From: Deltaproteobacteria bacterium
GTDB taxonomy: Bacteria; Bdellovibrionota_C; UBA2361; SZUA-149; JADZAE01
Assembly: GCA_020852715.1 (NCBI GenBank)
Contig: JADZAE010000034.1
Location: forward strand, 57,786 to 121,785
Direction: 5' to 3'
DNA length: 64,000 bases
Positions 18,509 through 27,530 of this stretch are shown here, one piece after another. The notes beneath the pieces are model-generated. The model worked only from the letters and a program-made list of their open reading frames with translations. It ran no database searches and had not been told where the DNA came from. A program made the position numbers and the translations under genes. Position 1 is the stretch's first letter, and every line of letters begins with the position of its first letter.

Positions 18509-19117
18509 CTACTTGCTTTTTTTGTGCTGTAGATAGCGAGCAATTTCTCGCTCGCCCCAAGCACGGCCTTTAACTCCAAAGGCTGCTGCCGCCTTACGAC
18601 AAGACTTAGTAATCTGCTTTTTGTTAAGGCGAAAATCCTCGATCAGGCGATGAAAGTCTTTGTGCAAGTTTTCATCATTGATCAGCATATAGATAAGTGC
18701 TGTTTCGATAATTTTCTTTTTGGCTTTCGCCGGCAAGGGAAGCAAGCGCAGGACTTGGGCAAATTGGACAATCACATTGTGAGAAAGGTAGCTCACCGCC
18801 AGGCCTGCCCAACAGGCGTTACGAATCAGCTCGCAAACAAAGCCTCGCATATTAGCACTGCCTTTATCTTTTCTCAGTGTTTTTTTCCGCAGCGGAATAA
18901 AACACAAAAGCTCTACCGCCTCGACATATCGAGCATCATTGAGATAAAAATGCAGTACCCACGCAGCTCGTAATTGCACCTGCTCATCATTGGCTACTTC
19001 TTTTGGCACCTCATAGGTATTACGAAACATTTGTGCGCGCTTCGCTCTTTCCCCACTTTCCTGCCCCCAGGCAGACATCACCGGCAACAACAACTCCTTA
19101 CTTAGCTCTTCGCTCAT
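18509..19117 (-). CDS. hypothetical helical protein
   Basis: 202-aa ORF with a plausible coding pattern. No motif recognised. Confidence 0.55.
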   Translation of the reverse strand: MSEELSKELLLPVMSAWGQESGERAKRAQMFRNTYEVPKEVANDEQVQLRAAWVLHFYLNDARYVEAVELLCFIPLRKKTLRKDKGSANMRGFVCELIRNACWAGLAVSYLSHNVIVQFAQVLRLLPLPAKAKKKIIETALIYMLINDENLHKDFHRLIEDFRLNKKQITKSCRKAAAAFGVKGRAWGEREIARYLQHKKSK

Positions 19118-19277
19118 ACTTTTTCCCTTTCTTAAAACCGGATTGGAACCTTAATTCAGGTCTACTCAGATAAACCTATGTATGGAATTGAAAAAGAACA
19201 GAGACACCTTATAAGCAAATTTGTCGCTAATTTCAAGGAAAGAGTCCTTCTCCCAGCCCTATCACTTACGCCAATCG

Positions 19278-22200
19278 CTATAATGTGCGGATATCAGGCA
19301 TATTACGGATAGACTCGCTATCTTCTTCTTTGGTTTTCATCCCCCAAATTTTCAGCCAATCATCAACAGCTCTATCTTCAGCCAGAGCGCTGGATGATTT
19401 TAAACCATGGGCGCGCATTTTAAGCCTCACTTCGCGATTCTTGGCGAGCAAAATTACCTTTTCCGCTGCTTCTTCCGGCTTATCGATATCTACAAGAAAG
19501 GAGTTAAGCGTATCTTCGGCATATCTAAGCACACCACCGGATTTAGAAAGCACAGGCACTGCGCCGCAACTCATCCCTTCTAAGCCCATACGGCCAAAGC
19601 CATGCCAGAAAGACAAATCAACAACGATGTCCGAATTACGATAGAGCTTAGCCACATGACTTGGCGGCAACACCCCACAAAGCTTGACATAATTTCTTAA
19701 GTCTTCCGGAACTTCTGTGGCTTTACCAAAAAGGTTAACTTCCAACTCCGGCAAACGATCATGAAGCACGCGCAGCATGGCGATTAACTCCGCCGTTCCG
19801 CGCCGCGGTGTTTGTGGCCGATAAAGAGCGGCCATGCGCGGGCGTCCATAAAATTTATCTTGCTCACCGGGATAAAATACCAGCTCGTCGATACCCGGAG
19901 TAATTACCGTGATCTCATAGCCATGACGCTCTTTAACCACCTCAGCTAAATATTTTGTTTTAGCCACAGCCGGAAAGCCAAAGTCATAAGAACGCTCAGC
20001 TTTCTTTACTACCGGGAAATTTTCTGGATGAGAATAGAACCACGGCTCATAGTCCTGAATATAATAGTAAGGCTTGATATTGGGATACCTGTCTTTGAGT
20101 GCCTTGAGGACATAAGCCGTTGTCCAAAAAGTAGCGACAACGATTTGTTTTTCCCAGTTCAGCTCAAACAGTTGATCGACAGAGATCTGAATATTTGGTG
20201 CTAAGTATGGCCTGTCTTTAACTTCCGAACGAGAAACTCCCAGCACCCGGGCTTTTATTCCGCGTATCGTCAATTCATCTACATGCTGCAGAACAGACAA
20301 GGTTCCACCACCAAGAACGACAGAAGGTAGGATAAACACAACATCGACACCTTCGATAATTTTGCTAGCGCTATTCTTGCGACCAACGCTTTTTGCATTC
20401 AGCGCAAAATCCTCGCTCAGCTTCTCCGGCTCTAAGTAGCCAATCGGTTCTTGCACCGGAGCCTTTTGCTGATAATATAAATCACGAACACGCTTTATAG
20501 GATCTCTATCCAAAAACTCACGATAAATAGGTCGATAATAAATCTCCCAACGAGCATCAAACACCGGCCTATTTTGTCCGATACGATCAAGTCTTTCCTC
20601 TTTACCAAAAGATGCCGAACGACGATGGTGAATGAGTGCGTTATCGGCAACTACCATATCCACGCCATTTAAGAACATACGCATAGACATGTCCGATTCT
20701 TCGCAAAAACCGCGATTAAAAACGACGTCAAAAAATCCAAACTTATCCAAAGCCCAGCGGCGGATATAAAGGAGCTGTCCTTCTGGTGTGATTACCGTGG
20801 GGTAATCCGGTCGCACAAGTTTCTTTATCTTTTTCGCAGCAGTGAATAAATCGTCTTCGGGATTGATATCCACTTTCAGATGCGGAGAATTCGTCGAAAG
20901 CGTAGAAACCAAACCAATGCGATAACGACTATGCGCAGCCTCTTGCATCAGAGCAATAGTATCCTCGGTGATAACAATATCCGAGTTTACCAACAAAATA
21001 TCATTCTCCGCGTTAGCCTGCGTAACGCCTTCCATACAGGCGCGAACAAACCCGCGGTTGACTTCTAAGTTTACCAGTTTAACTCGCTTCTCTCTTTGGC
21101 TAAACTCATTAAGCCATTTGGTCGTGGCCGGGTCTGAGCAATCATTAACAATGATGATTTCATGGTTGGCAGCAACATACTTCAATAAGCTGCGCAGACA
21201 AAGCACTGTAGCATCCAAGGCATTATATACAGGCATAACAAGACTGATATTTTTCCTCTGCTCTCTTTCCTTAGTCAATCTTGCCACACGGTCAGATTCC
21301 ACATGCTGCATAGATGCCAGAATTGCCGAGATATCCGGCGAGTCGGCTGCGCTTTGATTGATTTTCGCCTGCTCTTTAGCTGCGCCGTTTGTAGCTTGAA
21401 TGAGTTTTACGAGCTGCGCGCACTCCGACGATAAATTCAGCGAAGCGCTAGAAACAGCACAAGCTGCGATCTCGGCAGCCGTGGTAGCGCCTAAATTACC
21501 GCATTTGATCACTAAAGACACCGAGCGATATAAGTCAGCCAAAGCTACAGCATCTAAGCGGTTAAATCGTTTGCTGCTTAACCCAATTAGCTCTGCACCA
21601 AAATGTCCCGGGCCATAGTAATCAAGCAAATAAATCGGCAGATCAAAATAAGCAGAGGCGAGAGCTTGCAATTCTTTAGCCAGAGCAGACTTTTGCTCCT
21701 CGCTAAAAACTTCCATATTACTAAAAACCAGTAGCACCGCTTTATTTTCCTCCGCGTGTTGCGCCGGGAAAAAAGCTTGCTTGTTAATTACTTGAGGAAG
21801 AGCGACCTTTTCTTCCTTGTTGAGTAATAAAGAATTAAGCCAGGCACCGCCGGCAGAACAGGCGAGAGGTAAGTAATCACCGGCATAGGCTAAAGCAGCG
21901 CGCTCTTTTAGGTCGAGCTTATGCGCTAAGGATGAAAGTGAGTTTTCTTCCTGCAAATAAAAAGAAAGAGGATAGCCGTAAATATAGCGAATTGCCTGCG
22001 CTGCGCACATGGCTAGCGGACTGGTAACAATAATTTGCGCTTCCTTAAAGGCGGGAGCTTGATCAATAAAACGATGAAAAGACAAAGCTGGATAGGAATT
22101 GAAATAGCGAAAATATTCCTGCTTACAATCGGCAACAAATATTACGCTATAACCTGCTTTCTCCCACGCGCCAGCTAAAGAAAGTATTGAATACTGCCAT

Positions 22201-23453
22201 CCGGAATAAATTGTTTCAGCCAACCAATCATCAGCTATGGTAAAAATCACAGCTTTATTGCGACTGGCGTTGGCGGCCACCCACTTTACTTCCAGATCGA
22301 CTGAGCGCTGCACAGCCAAGCCAAAGCGCGGTGTATAATGTGCCGGGGAATGTTCAGCCAAGAGAACGGGTTGACGCAAATCAAGCAAATAAAGAAAGCG
22401 CTTCTGCGGCGGGTAAACATAAGCCAACGGCTGGCTTTGATCAGCCATATTTCCCCTAAGCTCTTGTTCGATATTCCTTAAAAGGACAGCACTCGTTAAC
22501 CAAATCGGGTCTAAATGATCAGTGGGGAATAACGCCGGAAGATTTTGACCATCCAAAGATGAGCTTTCTCTAAGCTTGTTCAGTGTGAGCATCTCCGGTC
22601 CATGCACATTGCCTCGTCCACCATAAATCGTCGGCATCAGCAAGGAGATACTCGGTATTTCCAAAAAATCCTTAAAAAAAGCCTCTAAGTCTAACTCCTT
22701 AAAATCGACATCTTCCCGTATATGTAAAATAAGATCGCGATCATCAATTTCTTGTCCGGCAAAAAGCTTATCCCAACCGGCAAACTCACTCTTAGCAAAA
22801 ACCATTTCCGGCAAAACTTTTATTGCCGATCGTGCTTTCAAGATTTCTTGCGTGGCGCCAACCGTCGCTCCTTGGTCACAGATAATTACCAGCTGGCGCA
22901 GCTGCCATTGACCTGATGTTTTACTTTTTAATGTTTCCAGAACGGAAAGCAGGCGAGAATAATCACCGGCCGTTTCCAGAACCACAGATATACGTGGTGT
23001 TTTTTTACTGCCTGTGCGCTTCTCCACATAATTGTCAGCCAAAGCATGTTCTAAGTAGCCACTTAGCTGTGCAACCGCCGATTCTTGCTTCGACCCGGTC
23101 ACGCTCTTGGGCCAGCTCCAAATAAGCTGTTCCCCTTGAGCAGTTAGCGCATATAGCTGCAATGATTCTTCGGGCAAGCCGGCTAATAACTCTACCGGCA
23201 TATTAACTTCAAAGCCGCAAATTACATCCTGCGCACGCAGAGAAAGGTTACGAAAAACATCAAGTCGCGGGATAGAACAGCGTAACGCAAAACGTTGTCC
23301 GCCAAGGCAAAGAACTAAATCGGGAACACCTTTTTGCTCCAATACCCAGCCACGAAGCGCTCCTGAGGGGTTATCCCCGAGCTGTGGTTCTTGGTCGATA
23401 CTGGCATGAAATTTTCTTTTTTCAAAAATTCGCCCTAACCCTAATAAGCTCAT
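19278..23453 (-). CDS. 1391-aa multidomain glycosyltransferase (N-terminal unknown region plus Rossmann-like region, central GT2 domain, C-terminal GT4/GT1 domain)
   Basis: GT2 signature ISLVMPVYNALDATVLCLRSLL...IIIVNDCSDPATTKWL...LLVNSDIVIT in the middle. The C-terminal GT4 motif is FWHGFGRMGLEGMSCGAVPVLS. It is a single uninterrupted ORF. Confidence 0.8.
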   Translation of the reverse strand: MSLLGLGRIFEKRKFHASIDQEPQLGDNPSGALRGWVLEQKGVPDLVLCLGGQRFALRCSIPRLDVFRNLSLRAQDVICGFEVNMPVELLAGLPEESLQLYALTAQGEQLIWSWPKSVTGSKQESAVAQLSGYLEHALADNYVEKRTGSKKTPRISVVLETAGDYSRLLSVLETLKSKTSGQWQLRQLVIICDQGATVGATQEILKARSAIKVLPEMVFAKSEFAGWDKLFAGQEIDDRDLILHIREDVDFKELDLEAFFKDFLEIPSISLLMPTIYGGRGNVHGPEMLTLNKLRESSSLDGQNLPALFPTDHLDPIWLTSAVLLRNIEQELRGNMADQSQPLAYVYPPQKRFLYLLDLRQPVLLAEHSPAHYTPRFGLAVQRSVDLEVKWVAANASRNKAVIFTIADDWLAETIYSGWQYSILSLAGAWEKAGYSVIFVADCKQEYFRYFNSYPALSFHRFIDQAPAFKEAQIIVTSPLAMCAAQAIRYIYGYPLSFYLQEENSLSSLAHKLDLKERAALAYAGDYLPLACSAGGAWLNSLLLNKEEKVALPQVINKQAFFPAQHAEENKAVLLVFSNMEVFSEEQKSALAKELQALASAYFDLPIYLLDYYGPGHFGAELIGLSSKRFNRLDAVALADLYRSVSLVIKCGNLGATTAAEIAACAVSSASLNLSSECAQLVKLIQATNGAAKEQAKINQSAADSPDISAILASMQHVESDRVARLTKEREQRKNISLVMPVYNALDATVLCLRSLLKYVAANHEIIIVNDCSDPATTKWLNEFSQREKRVKLVNLEVNRGFVRACMEGVTQANAENDILLVNSDIVITEDTIALMQEAAHSRYRIGLVSTLSTNSPHLKVDINPEDDLFTAAKKIKKLVRPDYPTVITPEGQLLYIRRWALDKFGFFDVVFNRGFCEESDMSMRMFLNGVDMVVADNALIHHRRSASFGKEERLDRIGQNRPVFDARWEIYYRPIYREFLDRDPIKRVRDLYYQQKAPVQEPIGYLEPEKLSEDFALNAKSVGRKNSASKIIEGVDVVFILPSVVLGGGTLSVLQHVDELTIRGIKARVLGVSRSEVKDRPYLAPNIQISVDQLFELNWEKQIVVATFWTTAYVLKALKDRYPNIKPYYYIQDYEPWFYSHPENFPVVKKAERSYDFGFPAVAKTKYLAEVVKERHGYEITVITPGIDELVFYPGEQDKFYGRPRMAALYRPQTPRRGTAELIAMLRVLHDRLPELEVNLFGKATEVPEDLRNYVKLCGVLPPSHVAKLYRNSDIVVDLSFWHGFGRMGLEGMSCGAVPVLSKSGGVLRYAEDTLNSFLVDIDKPEEAAEKVILLAKNREVRLKMRAHGLKSSSALAEDRAVDDWLKIWGMKTKEEDSESIRNMPDIRTL

Positions 23454-23483
23454 GTTTGCTCCTTGTTCTCTCTGCGATGCTAC

Positions 23484-25079
23484 TTAATCATCACCACCAT
23501 CGGGGGCAGTAGGCGTAGCCGGCGCTGAACCTGCTTCATTTTCCGGCTCCGCAATTGCAGGAGTATGGGATTTGCCGGAGGCTTGCGCGGTGGCCAATTT
23601 ATCATGTTGGGTAATGTCCAACATTTTCTGTAAATTCTCAACGAGCTCATTTTTATCGCCTGCAAAAGTTCGCGCGCTTGTTATATTCAACGTACAAACC
23701 TGCGTAGAATCAAAATTACTGACCACGACCAATGCCGGAAGCGGCATACCTAGCTGCTGCTCATTGTCAGCAACCATGGCCCAGACACCGATAATGACTT
23801 TTTGTAAATTTCCTAGGACATCGTAACTAAAACGATACAAAGGAAGCATCGTCCGCTGATCTACAAATAAAATTTGGCGGCTGTGCTGATAAAAAGGATC
23901 GTTCGGCGTCAATTCCACAATCCAGACTTTACGCGGAATAAAATAGGACGATACCGGTAGCCAAGGAAGGTAGCCGGGATATTTTTGCGTGTCCTGATTC
24001 ATCAACACAAACATATTGTTGCCATCGTAGCGTCGGTGGATTCCGTGCGCGGTCATCGCTCCGGTCGTATCGGGTTTGTCGGTCTGCTCGCTGAGATTGA
24101 GCGCCATTGCCGCAGTTTGCGTATGATAACTAAAATAATCCTTAGCCAAGGACTCGCGTTGCATTTTGATTTTACCGCTGTTTGCATAAAAGGCGAAAAC
24201 TGTCTTTTCCTCCAAGACCCGACCCTGAAAGGCTTGTGGCTTTCCCGACCAGACAAAAAAATCGTCCAAGGTTAAAGGCTCAGACAGTAAGACATCCCCA
24301 CGATTGGCCGCATTTACCTTACGACTGCGCTCTATTACCGGGGAGTAAATCCAATACTGGTCTTCTCGGCTCCCCCAAAATCTTTCACTGACACTGGCAT
24401 AACCATAAATCGCTGCCGGCGATGTGACTTTAAATAAGGAGCGCTGCATTACTACTTCATTATCAATCAACCTTTCCTGAGCATCAGAAATGACTTTGGG
24501 ATATTCAGGCTGCAGGCCATAATAAAACCCCTTAGCTTTGCGCAACAACGATTTATCATTAAACCAAGAAAGTTCTAAGTCCAGTTGCAGGTCGTGGTTA
24601 ACGTAAAATCCCAAATTCATGTTCCATAGAATTTTATCAGCACGCAGCCTAGGATCAGCCTCCTGATTAATGGTTTCCGCAGGATAAAAAGGGAAACCGG
24701 CAAGCTCGCGAGAACTGAGGATATTAACAGCTAAATTTCTTTTATCATCTATTTTATAAGTGCCTTCATTGGTGGCTGAACCAACCTGCCAGGAGTTAGA
24801 TAAGTTGTTATCAACCTCCGCGCCACGCCAAGCGCGGAAAATCGCTTTATTATTAAGCATCCAATCAACAAACGGTTGTAAAAGATAATTCTGATAAGGG
24901 AAATAATTGTCTTTTGTTAAAAGGAATTCTTTGCCCTCCGCAGATTGTCCGACTTGCGGTAGTTGCGCCAAAGGATCAACCGCTGCGGACTTACTGGCAA
25001 CCGGCTCCAAAATATCCTGAGCGAATGTATAGCCCGGCATGAGCAGCGCAAGTAACAAAGTCAAATAATATCTGGTCAT
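23484..25079 (-). CDS. exported protein of unknown function (possibly a lipoprotein-sorting/LolA-like fold, a guess)
   Basis: The ORF track starts at 25118, but the ATG at 25079 gives a clean signal peptide (MTRYYLTLLLALLMPGYTFAQD) and removes the 32-nt overlap with the upstream gene. The C-terminus has a P/A/E-rich tail. Confidence 0.65.
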   Translation of the reverse strand: MTRYYLTLLLALLMPGYTFAQDILEPVASKSAAVDPLAQLPQVGQSAEGKEFLLTKDNYFPYQNYLLQPFVDWMLNNKAIFRAWRGAEVDNNLSNSWQVGSATNEGTYKIDDKRNLAVNILSSRELAGFPFYPAETINQEADPRLRADKILWNMNLGFYVNHDLQLDLELSWFNDKSLLRKAKGFYYGLQPEYPKVISDAQERLIDNEVVMQRSLFKVTSPAAIYGYASVSERFWGSREDQYWIYSPVIERSRKVNAANRGDVLLSEPLTLDDFFVWSGKPQAFQGRVLEEKTVFAFYANSGKIKMQRESLAKDYFSYHTQTAAMALNLSEQTDKPDTTGAMTAHGIHRRYDGNNMFVLMNQDTQKYPGYLPWLPVSSYFIPRKVWIVELTPNDPFYQHSRQILFVDQRTMLPLYRFSYDVLGNLQKVIIGVWAMVADNEQQLGMPLPALVVVSNFDSTQVCTLNITSARTFAGDKNELVENLQKMLDITQHDKLATAQASGKSHTPAIAEPENEAGSAPATPTAPDGGDD

Positions 25080-25086
25080 AAACTGT

Positions 25087-25683
25087 TTATCTCTGGCCGG
25101 TCTTGCGTTCGAGGGCACGCATGTTTTGCAAATGTTCTTTTCTCAAACTATCAATACCTTGCTTTTCTATATCTCGAGAACGCTGGAGCAACACCTCTTT
25201 GTCTTCAATAAACAGACGAGGATCAGCAGGGTAAATAATCGGATGTAAGCCGGTATCCATGCGAATGGCATCTACCGGACATGCTTCTACGCAATACCCA
25301 CAGTAAATACAAAGCAACGTATCAATTTCGTAACGCCGAGGAATTTTTTCGATGGAGGAATCAGGATGCTCCTCCGGCTCTATATATATACACTTTGCCG
25401 GACAAGCGGTGGCGCAGAGAAAACAAGACGTGCATTTGATTTCCCCGTCCTCATTTAAAGTTAGCCGATGCCGCCCTCGGTATCGTGGCGGATAAGGGCG
25501 AATATCATCGGGATATTCAATAGTTATCCATGGTGATCTATTTTTACAAAAGCCGACACACTTCAATAAATAGATTCCCAAGTTTCCAATAAACTTTGAG
25601 CCGGTTAGAAAAACTCCTTTGAGTATTTCCCAATAATAAAAACGCTCGAGCAATGTGAATTTATCTTTTCTTTTCATAACCAA
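25087..25683 (-). CDS. NuoI-like 2x[4Fe-4S] ferredoxin subunit (complex I subunit I family), with no other nuo genes nearby
   Basis: Two CxxCxxCxxxCP motifs, CTSCFLCATACP and CIYCGYCVEACPVDAI, with NuoI-type spacing (RYEIDTLLCIYCGYC). The N-terminal region is a NuoI-like amphipathic segment. Confidence 0.75.
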   Translation of the reverse strand: MVMKRKDKFTLLERFYYWEILKGVFLTGSKFIGNLGIYLLKCVGFCKNRSPWITIEYPDDIRPYPPRYRGRHRLTLNEDGEIKCTSCFLCATACPAKCIYIEPEEHPDSSIEKIPRRYEIDTLLCIYCGYCVEACPVDAIRMDTGLHPIIYPADPRLFIEDKEVLLQRSRDIEKQGIDSLRKEHLQNMRALERKTGQR

Positions 25684-26016
25684 TTGGGTTGCTTACGACG
25701 AGCAAGCTTACGCTTACACGGGTTTAAATTCATAAAAAAACTTATAGAGGCCGCAAATAGTTTACTTGCAGTTTTTCTCGCCGTTTTCTTATCGGAAACA
25801 GCGTGCTGTGTGAAGGCCTTACTCCTCTCCTCACACGTTTTTACTTTGCAAAAACCGCTTCGATCTAGCTATTTTTAAAGCTTCGTTCTTTACACTTATA
25901 CCGTACACAAGAATAGAGTATTCCCCAGTAAACAAGTTTGTTTTATGAATCAGTAGAATATCTTTGACTTTTAGCTCAAATGTTATATTTAGGGCGGGTC
26001 CTTTGGACGTGAATTA

Positions 26017-26646
26017 TTGCATAATTTCGGTGTTGATAAAATGGACCAGATTGTAGAAATATTTTATTCGTTTCATTCCCCTTACTGTTACTTTGCTATC
26101 GATAGGCTATGGCAGATTGGCCAGAAATTTGATGCCCGCGTGATTTGGCAACCGTACTCTTCGAAATTAGCCGGTCAAGGATATCAGGGGAACATGCCAG
26201 AAGAAATGGCCAGCTACGTGCGCGAGGATTCTGTTCGCCTTGCTAAAAAACTAGGCTTGCGATTAGTTTTGAGAGCCGATTGGCCACAGAACGAATTTGA
26301 TGCCGATAAAAGTATACGCGGCGCGCTGGTCGCCTCCGATATGAATATTTTATACGAATATAATATCAAAATGTTTCAACGTTGGTGGGCCGAAGGAGAA
26401 GATCCCAATGAGCAGTCCTTCTTGGTAGAATTGTGCGATGATTTAGATATCGACCCCAATGAGTTTTCCGGAAAAATGAATTCGTCGGATGTTCGTGAAC
26501 GTGTTCGCGGATGCTTCAAACGTGGAAAGAAATTGGGTGTGTTCGATGTACCTACAATAATCATCGGGGAAGAGCGTTTTCACGGCATGGAGCGAATTGA
26601 AGCTGCCGAAGAAAGACTTACCGAGATGGGCCTAAGAAAAGCTTAA
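26017..26646 (+). CDS. DsbA-family 2-hydroxychromene-2-carboxylate isomerase-like protein
   Basis: IFYSFHSPYCY replaces the CxxC region, as is typical of HCCA isomerase/FrnE-like DsbA proteins. The C-terminal region has GVFDVPTIIIGEERFHGMERI. The probable start is the ATG at 26041. Confidence 0.7.
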   Translation: MHNFGVDKMDQIVEIFYSFHSPYCYFAIDRLWQIGQKFDARVIWQPYSSKLAGQGYQGNMPEEMASYVREDSVRLAKKLGLRLVLRADWPQNEFDADKSIRGALVASDMNILYEYNIKMFQRWWAEGEDPNEQSFLVELCDDLDIDPNEFSGKMNSSDVRERVRGCFKRGKKLGVFDVPTIIIGEERFHGMERIEAAEERLTEMGLRKA

Positions 26647-26666
26647 TTCATCAACTTTTTTCATTT

Positions 26667-27470
26667 ATGCATACGCCAAGAGTTATTATGGACGGCGTGT
26701 CTTTTTCTCTTGGAGACTCGTTCACTCTCAACGAACAAGCCCGGCATCATCTAGTTAGAGTCCTGCGTCTTAGTGTAAACGATTTTTTTGAAATTCTTGT
26801 TCAAGGCGATACTCCGCATGCCTACCTCGCTCAATTTTTGTTTACCGACGAAAATAAAAGTGAAGCTAAAATCTTAAAAGAGATTGCTTTAACAAAAACT
26901 AATAACGTCGATTTGATTGTGGGCCTGCCTAAACCATCAATCGCTGACTTCATCGTAGAAAAAAGTATTGAATTGAATGTTAGAAATTTAGTTTTCTTTG
27001 TGGCCTCAAGAACCCAAGGAAAGTTAACTAGCGAACAAATTCTTAGCAAACTCTCTCGCTTCCAACGCATTCAAGAAGCCGCTTTGAAACAATCAGGACC
27101 ACAAAGTTACGTGAGTAAAATAGAAATATACCCCTCATTAGAAAATTATTTAAAAGGACACCTTTCCGGAGATACTGATTCGACTCTCAAGCTCATTTGC
27201 TGCCTAGCCGGCAATAGCTCCCCTCAACCTCCTAAGATTGTTGATTTTTTGTCAACTTCTCGGCGTTTTCGCCAGCAATCTGAACAACTTAAGGACAATG
27301 GTAATTATGCCGAAATCTCTATCATAGTGGGGCCTGAAGGAGGATTAACTGACGAGGAGATTAGTTTGGCAAAAACGTTTGCCTATCAACCTGCTTCGTT
27401 AGGCGAAAAGGTGATGCGCACAGAAACAGCATTCATTGCTGCCGGCTCTATCGCCTCCCTTCTCGGTTAA
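26667..27470 (+). CDS. rsmE: 16S rRNA (uracil1498-N3)-methyltransferase
   Basis: HHLVRVLRL near the N-terminus. IIVGPEGGLTDEEI and VMRTETA near the C-terminus. Confidence 0.8.
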   Translation: MHTPRVIMDGVSFSLGDSFTLNEQARHHLVRVLRLSVNDFFEILVQGDTPHAYLAQFLFTDENKSEAKILKEIALTKTNNVDLIVGLPKPSIADFIVEKSIELNVRNLVFFVASRTQGKLTSEQILSKLSRFQRIQEAALKQSGPQSYVSKIEIYPSLENYLKGHLSGDTDSTLKLICCLAGNSSPQPPKIVDFLSTSRRFRQQSEQLKDNGNYAEISIIVGPEGGLTDEEISLAKTFAYQPASLGEKVMRTETAFIAAGSIASLLG

Positions 27471-27530
27471 AATTTATACTTAGGTCGCTTAAAAAAGCTA
27501 AAGGTCGCAAAGGTTTGCGCGCAGATTGCT

